A stretch of DNA of 63,690 nt, counting the filler, from Dicyema japonicum (taxonomy: Eukaryota; Animalia; Dicyemida): assembly GCA_011109175.1 (NCBI GenBank). It is 13 parts of 13 records of this genome, joined end to end, with 100 filler letters (N's around TTAATTAATTAA, not from the genome) between each part and the next. Parts side by side here need not be neighbours in the genome. Positions count along the whole stretch, not along the records: positions 59,015 to 62,110 come from RDEW01000347.1; positions 62,211 to 63,690 come from RDEW01000229.1; 11 more parts are not named here. One strand, 5' to 3'. The notes below the pieces were generated by a model, which was given only the letters and a program-made list of their open reading frames with translations, ran no database searches and was not told the DNA's origin. Positions 60,713-63,690 of this stretch are shown here, piece by piece. Both the position numbers and the translations under genes were made by a program. The stretch's first letter is position 1, and each line of letters starts with the position of its first letter.

Positions 60713-61147
60713 AATTTTTTAAATATATTTATACCAATATTATGATCCACGTTCAAACCTAATCTCATTTGACAACATGATCATATTTTATTGAAAACTT
60801 TTATAACAAATTACTGAATTTATTTTGGCGAATTCATATATCATTTCCCTTCTTTTTACCAGAAGAATTTATATTAATAACTTTACTGTTGTTATTCAGT
60901 GTCGGTATGCTTTATGTTATTACAAATAGAAAGGAATGATGTTAGTGAGGTCGGTCAAATTGCATTCAACGATTTTTTGCCGAAATCTCTTAAGAGATCT
61001 GCGATGAGAATTGAAATTATAAGAAATTTTATTGGAGTTATTGAACGTGAGAAACTAATGAAAAATACTTTCTTTTACGAAGTAAACTCATCTTTTCGAA
61101 CTGTGCCTGATTTAGTTATCAGATATTGTCTGGGTAATGTCATTTAA
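60713..61147 (+). CDS. Nuclear hormone receptor ligand-binding domain, C-terminal half; 25-nt intron 60905-60929; one frameshift in a T run near 60787
   Basis: QYYDPRSNLISFDN resembles the LBD beta-turn (RYD..TDS..FAN). FLPEEFILITLLLLFSVERNDV resembles the helix 8-9 motif (L..EE..LL.A..LFS.DR.GL). A helix 10-12-like tail follows. The fragment starts at a single-n join. Confidence 0.55.
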
Positions 61148-63690
61148 CAGGACGTGAGAAACTAATGAAAAATACTTTCTTTTACGAAGTAAACTCATCT
61201 TTTCGAACTGTGCCTGATTTAGTTATCAGATATTGTCTTGGTAATGTCATTTAACAGGACTTTTATTTTGTAAATTTTAAATTTCTTAAATAAGACATTT
61301 TATTATTGCAACAGGCATAGTCTAAACGAAATATACCCGAATGATAGATAAAACGACAAAGTGGTAGTGGGACAGGATATAAAGTAAGGAGGAGCTGATG
61401 GTTACAAGTCAGTTAACTACGGTAGTTTGTCAATGAGAAAGTCCATGAAAATTATTACAATACTAGACACCTGCAGAGGGCCTGTCGGGAGCTTCGATTA
61501 TTTGACAAACGACGTTAGATTCTTCTGAGACTTCCACAGCCCACACTTGTAGGGCATGTGTTCTCAATTCTGTTGACCGACTGCTATGCTGTTCTTCTGA
61601 TTCTTCATTAATCATTGTTTTGCATGTATTCTCAATTCAGTTAAACAAAAAAAATTTTAAATTAAAATATGTACATTTATCTACGAGTTATGGTGGCACA
61701 AACATACAACATTGAGCTTTAATGGGTACATAGATTAGTCTCCCACAAATAACTATTGAAAAGTCCTCCATATCATTCAATTATACTCCATTTCTGTTTG
61801 CCCTCATCAACGTCAGTATGACCCAAAAACTCCTAATCAAAGGGAATACAATCCCCACTAACATGAATACACATATATTAAAAATCATCACAAATTTATT
61901 TGATTCCAATTTGATCGACAGGAATTGCTTGTATTTAATGGGAGTATTGTGGTGGAGAGTATTTGACAATAACAAGCTGACACGTGTATTGGTTAGACAG
62001 TCTTGTAGTTTGTCATAATAATTTGTCAGCATTTCTGTGAGGTTGTCAATTATAGATAGACCGCCATTGATGGAATGTCAGTGGAGGGAGTATCCTCACA
62101 TAATACAACANNNNNNNNNNNNNNNNNNNNNNNNNNNNNNNNNNNNNNNNNNNNTTAATTAATTAANNNNNNNNNNNNNNNNNNNNNNNNNNNNNNNNNN
62201 NNNNNNNNNNACAGGATTTGTCAAAATTATATCGTAAACTAAAATTTCGGCTGTGTAAATTAAGGCTGCACCATTTTTTTAAATAGGGATGTGGCTTATC
62301 AAAAGCTTGAATCGCAAAGTTACTTCTTCCGGTGTGATTATGGTCCCTCTTTAAAATCCAGGGTTAACACAAAATCAATGACTTTTTCCTTATTCGCAAT
62401 TTTTAATTGTACATTCATAATCCATTACTGTCTTTATTTTTCAAAATGTTAATTCTTCAAGTAAAATACAAATAGACTTTTCTATATACTGGTAGTTTGG
62501 ATGAAAATGTTAAAAGTCAGTAAATTAGTTTTCAGAGTAAAAAATCTTCTTTCTAAGATCTCCCACTATGTCTTTCAGATGTATGGCTGATCTCATCTGA
62601 AGGGCACTGATTTCATCTGATTAATCAGTGAATTCTGAATATAGATTGTATGCTTTCTTCAATAGAGATCATAGGATTCTCAGTTTCTTGATAATTGGAT
62701 GGTTCTACAAGTCATTTAAGTTAGTTTCGGCACTTTTAAGTTCGCTACGTGAGTCCTTGAATCTTGTTCTAAAGAATAAAGTGATAATCGGAACTTTGAT
62801 AATTTCTCTTTTATATTACTTATTAGATTACATTATTATTTGACCACGTGGTGTCATGTGGCTACTTGATTGATGATTTCTCTTCCCTTAAGTGGCGACA
62901 TCAAATCCACCTGACTCAGAGACACTCATTACATCTCCATTCTGCTACTTAAATGTTATTAAAATAATTGAAATAAACAGATTTAGTTCTCTCAGCCACA
63001 TAGAATTGACATTGTTCGGAGGAAAGTTCACTTTCTCTGGGAATGAAGTATTATTATTTATATTGCAAAATACAGTGTAATCTTACAGTTAAGTGTCCCA
63101 AATTCGTCTGTTTTCTTCATTAAAAAAACTTATTTATTAAATGTCAAAATTGGTTAACAATAGTAGAATTATCAAAATAATATATGAAATTCACATCACA
63201 GATAAATTAGCATATCAAGCTGAAATATGAATAATGTGATCTCGATAACTTAAAGAACAAAATCGACCACCTTCACTCAAAGACCTGTCCATATGGTGCA
63301 TATTACTTATTCGAACTATAAAAATCTCAGTTAAACACTATTTTAGATAATTGAATTTTTCGATCACTAACAAAATCGACCACCTTCACTCAAAGACCTG
63401 TCCATATGGTGCATATTACTTATTCGAACTATAAAAATCTCAGTTAAACACTATTTTAGATAATTGAATTTTTCGATCACTTAACATTAATTACTGATAC
63501 CTAATGTCAAATCGATCACCAAAATCTTATTTGAACATTTATATAAAAATCAAAATTTCACTTTTACTAATTTGGGGACTTGCCCAGAAATTTCCGTCCC
63601 CAATCGGTTTCCTCTACAAGGATCAAAGTAGGCACTTCCATTCGGCAGTGGTTGCGGGAACTGAGATCACCTAACTAGTTAACATTTTTT

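Noticed and set aside
61781-62032. Minus ORF with a hydrophobic C-terminal segment, a possible membrane-protein exon
   Set aside because: No recognisable family, no clear start or splice context, and next to a gap; cannot be supported.

Overview
This is not a prokaryotic window. It is AT-rich eukaryotic, almost certainly animal, DNA made of about 13 contigs joined by artificial 100-bp N44-TTAATTAATTAA-N44 linkers, so adjacency across gaps is not biological. Most of the sequence is decayed retroelement and DNA-transposon debris: CRE-clade RLE LINEs, APE LINEs, R4/Dong-like elements, hAT/Buster, pogo/Tigger and tRNA-derived SINEs. One CRE-like element carrying a PHD finger is nearly intact. Host genes decoded by hand are DDB1 (partial), twinfilin, ZYG11/ZER1-like, SKI2 (partial), PTH2, an SLC35A fragment, a nuclear-receptor ligand-binding-domain fragment and a 92-aa orphan. 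Their 28 confidently placed introns are all 22-29 nt with almost no 5' splice-site consensus beyond GT, which is why the ORF track fragments them. The window also holds a structurally complete but divergent U1 snRNA gene (altered U1-70K loop, shortened SL4). Together these suggest a miniaturised, length-measuring spliceosome in a reduced parasitic animal; dicyemid or myxozoan is an inference only. Single-base frameshifts in homopolymers and many 90-280 bp tandem duplications look like sequencing or assembly artefacts.
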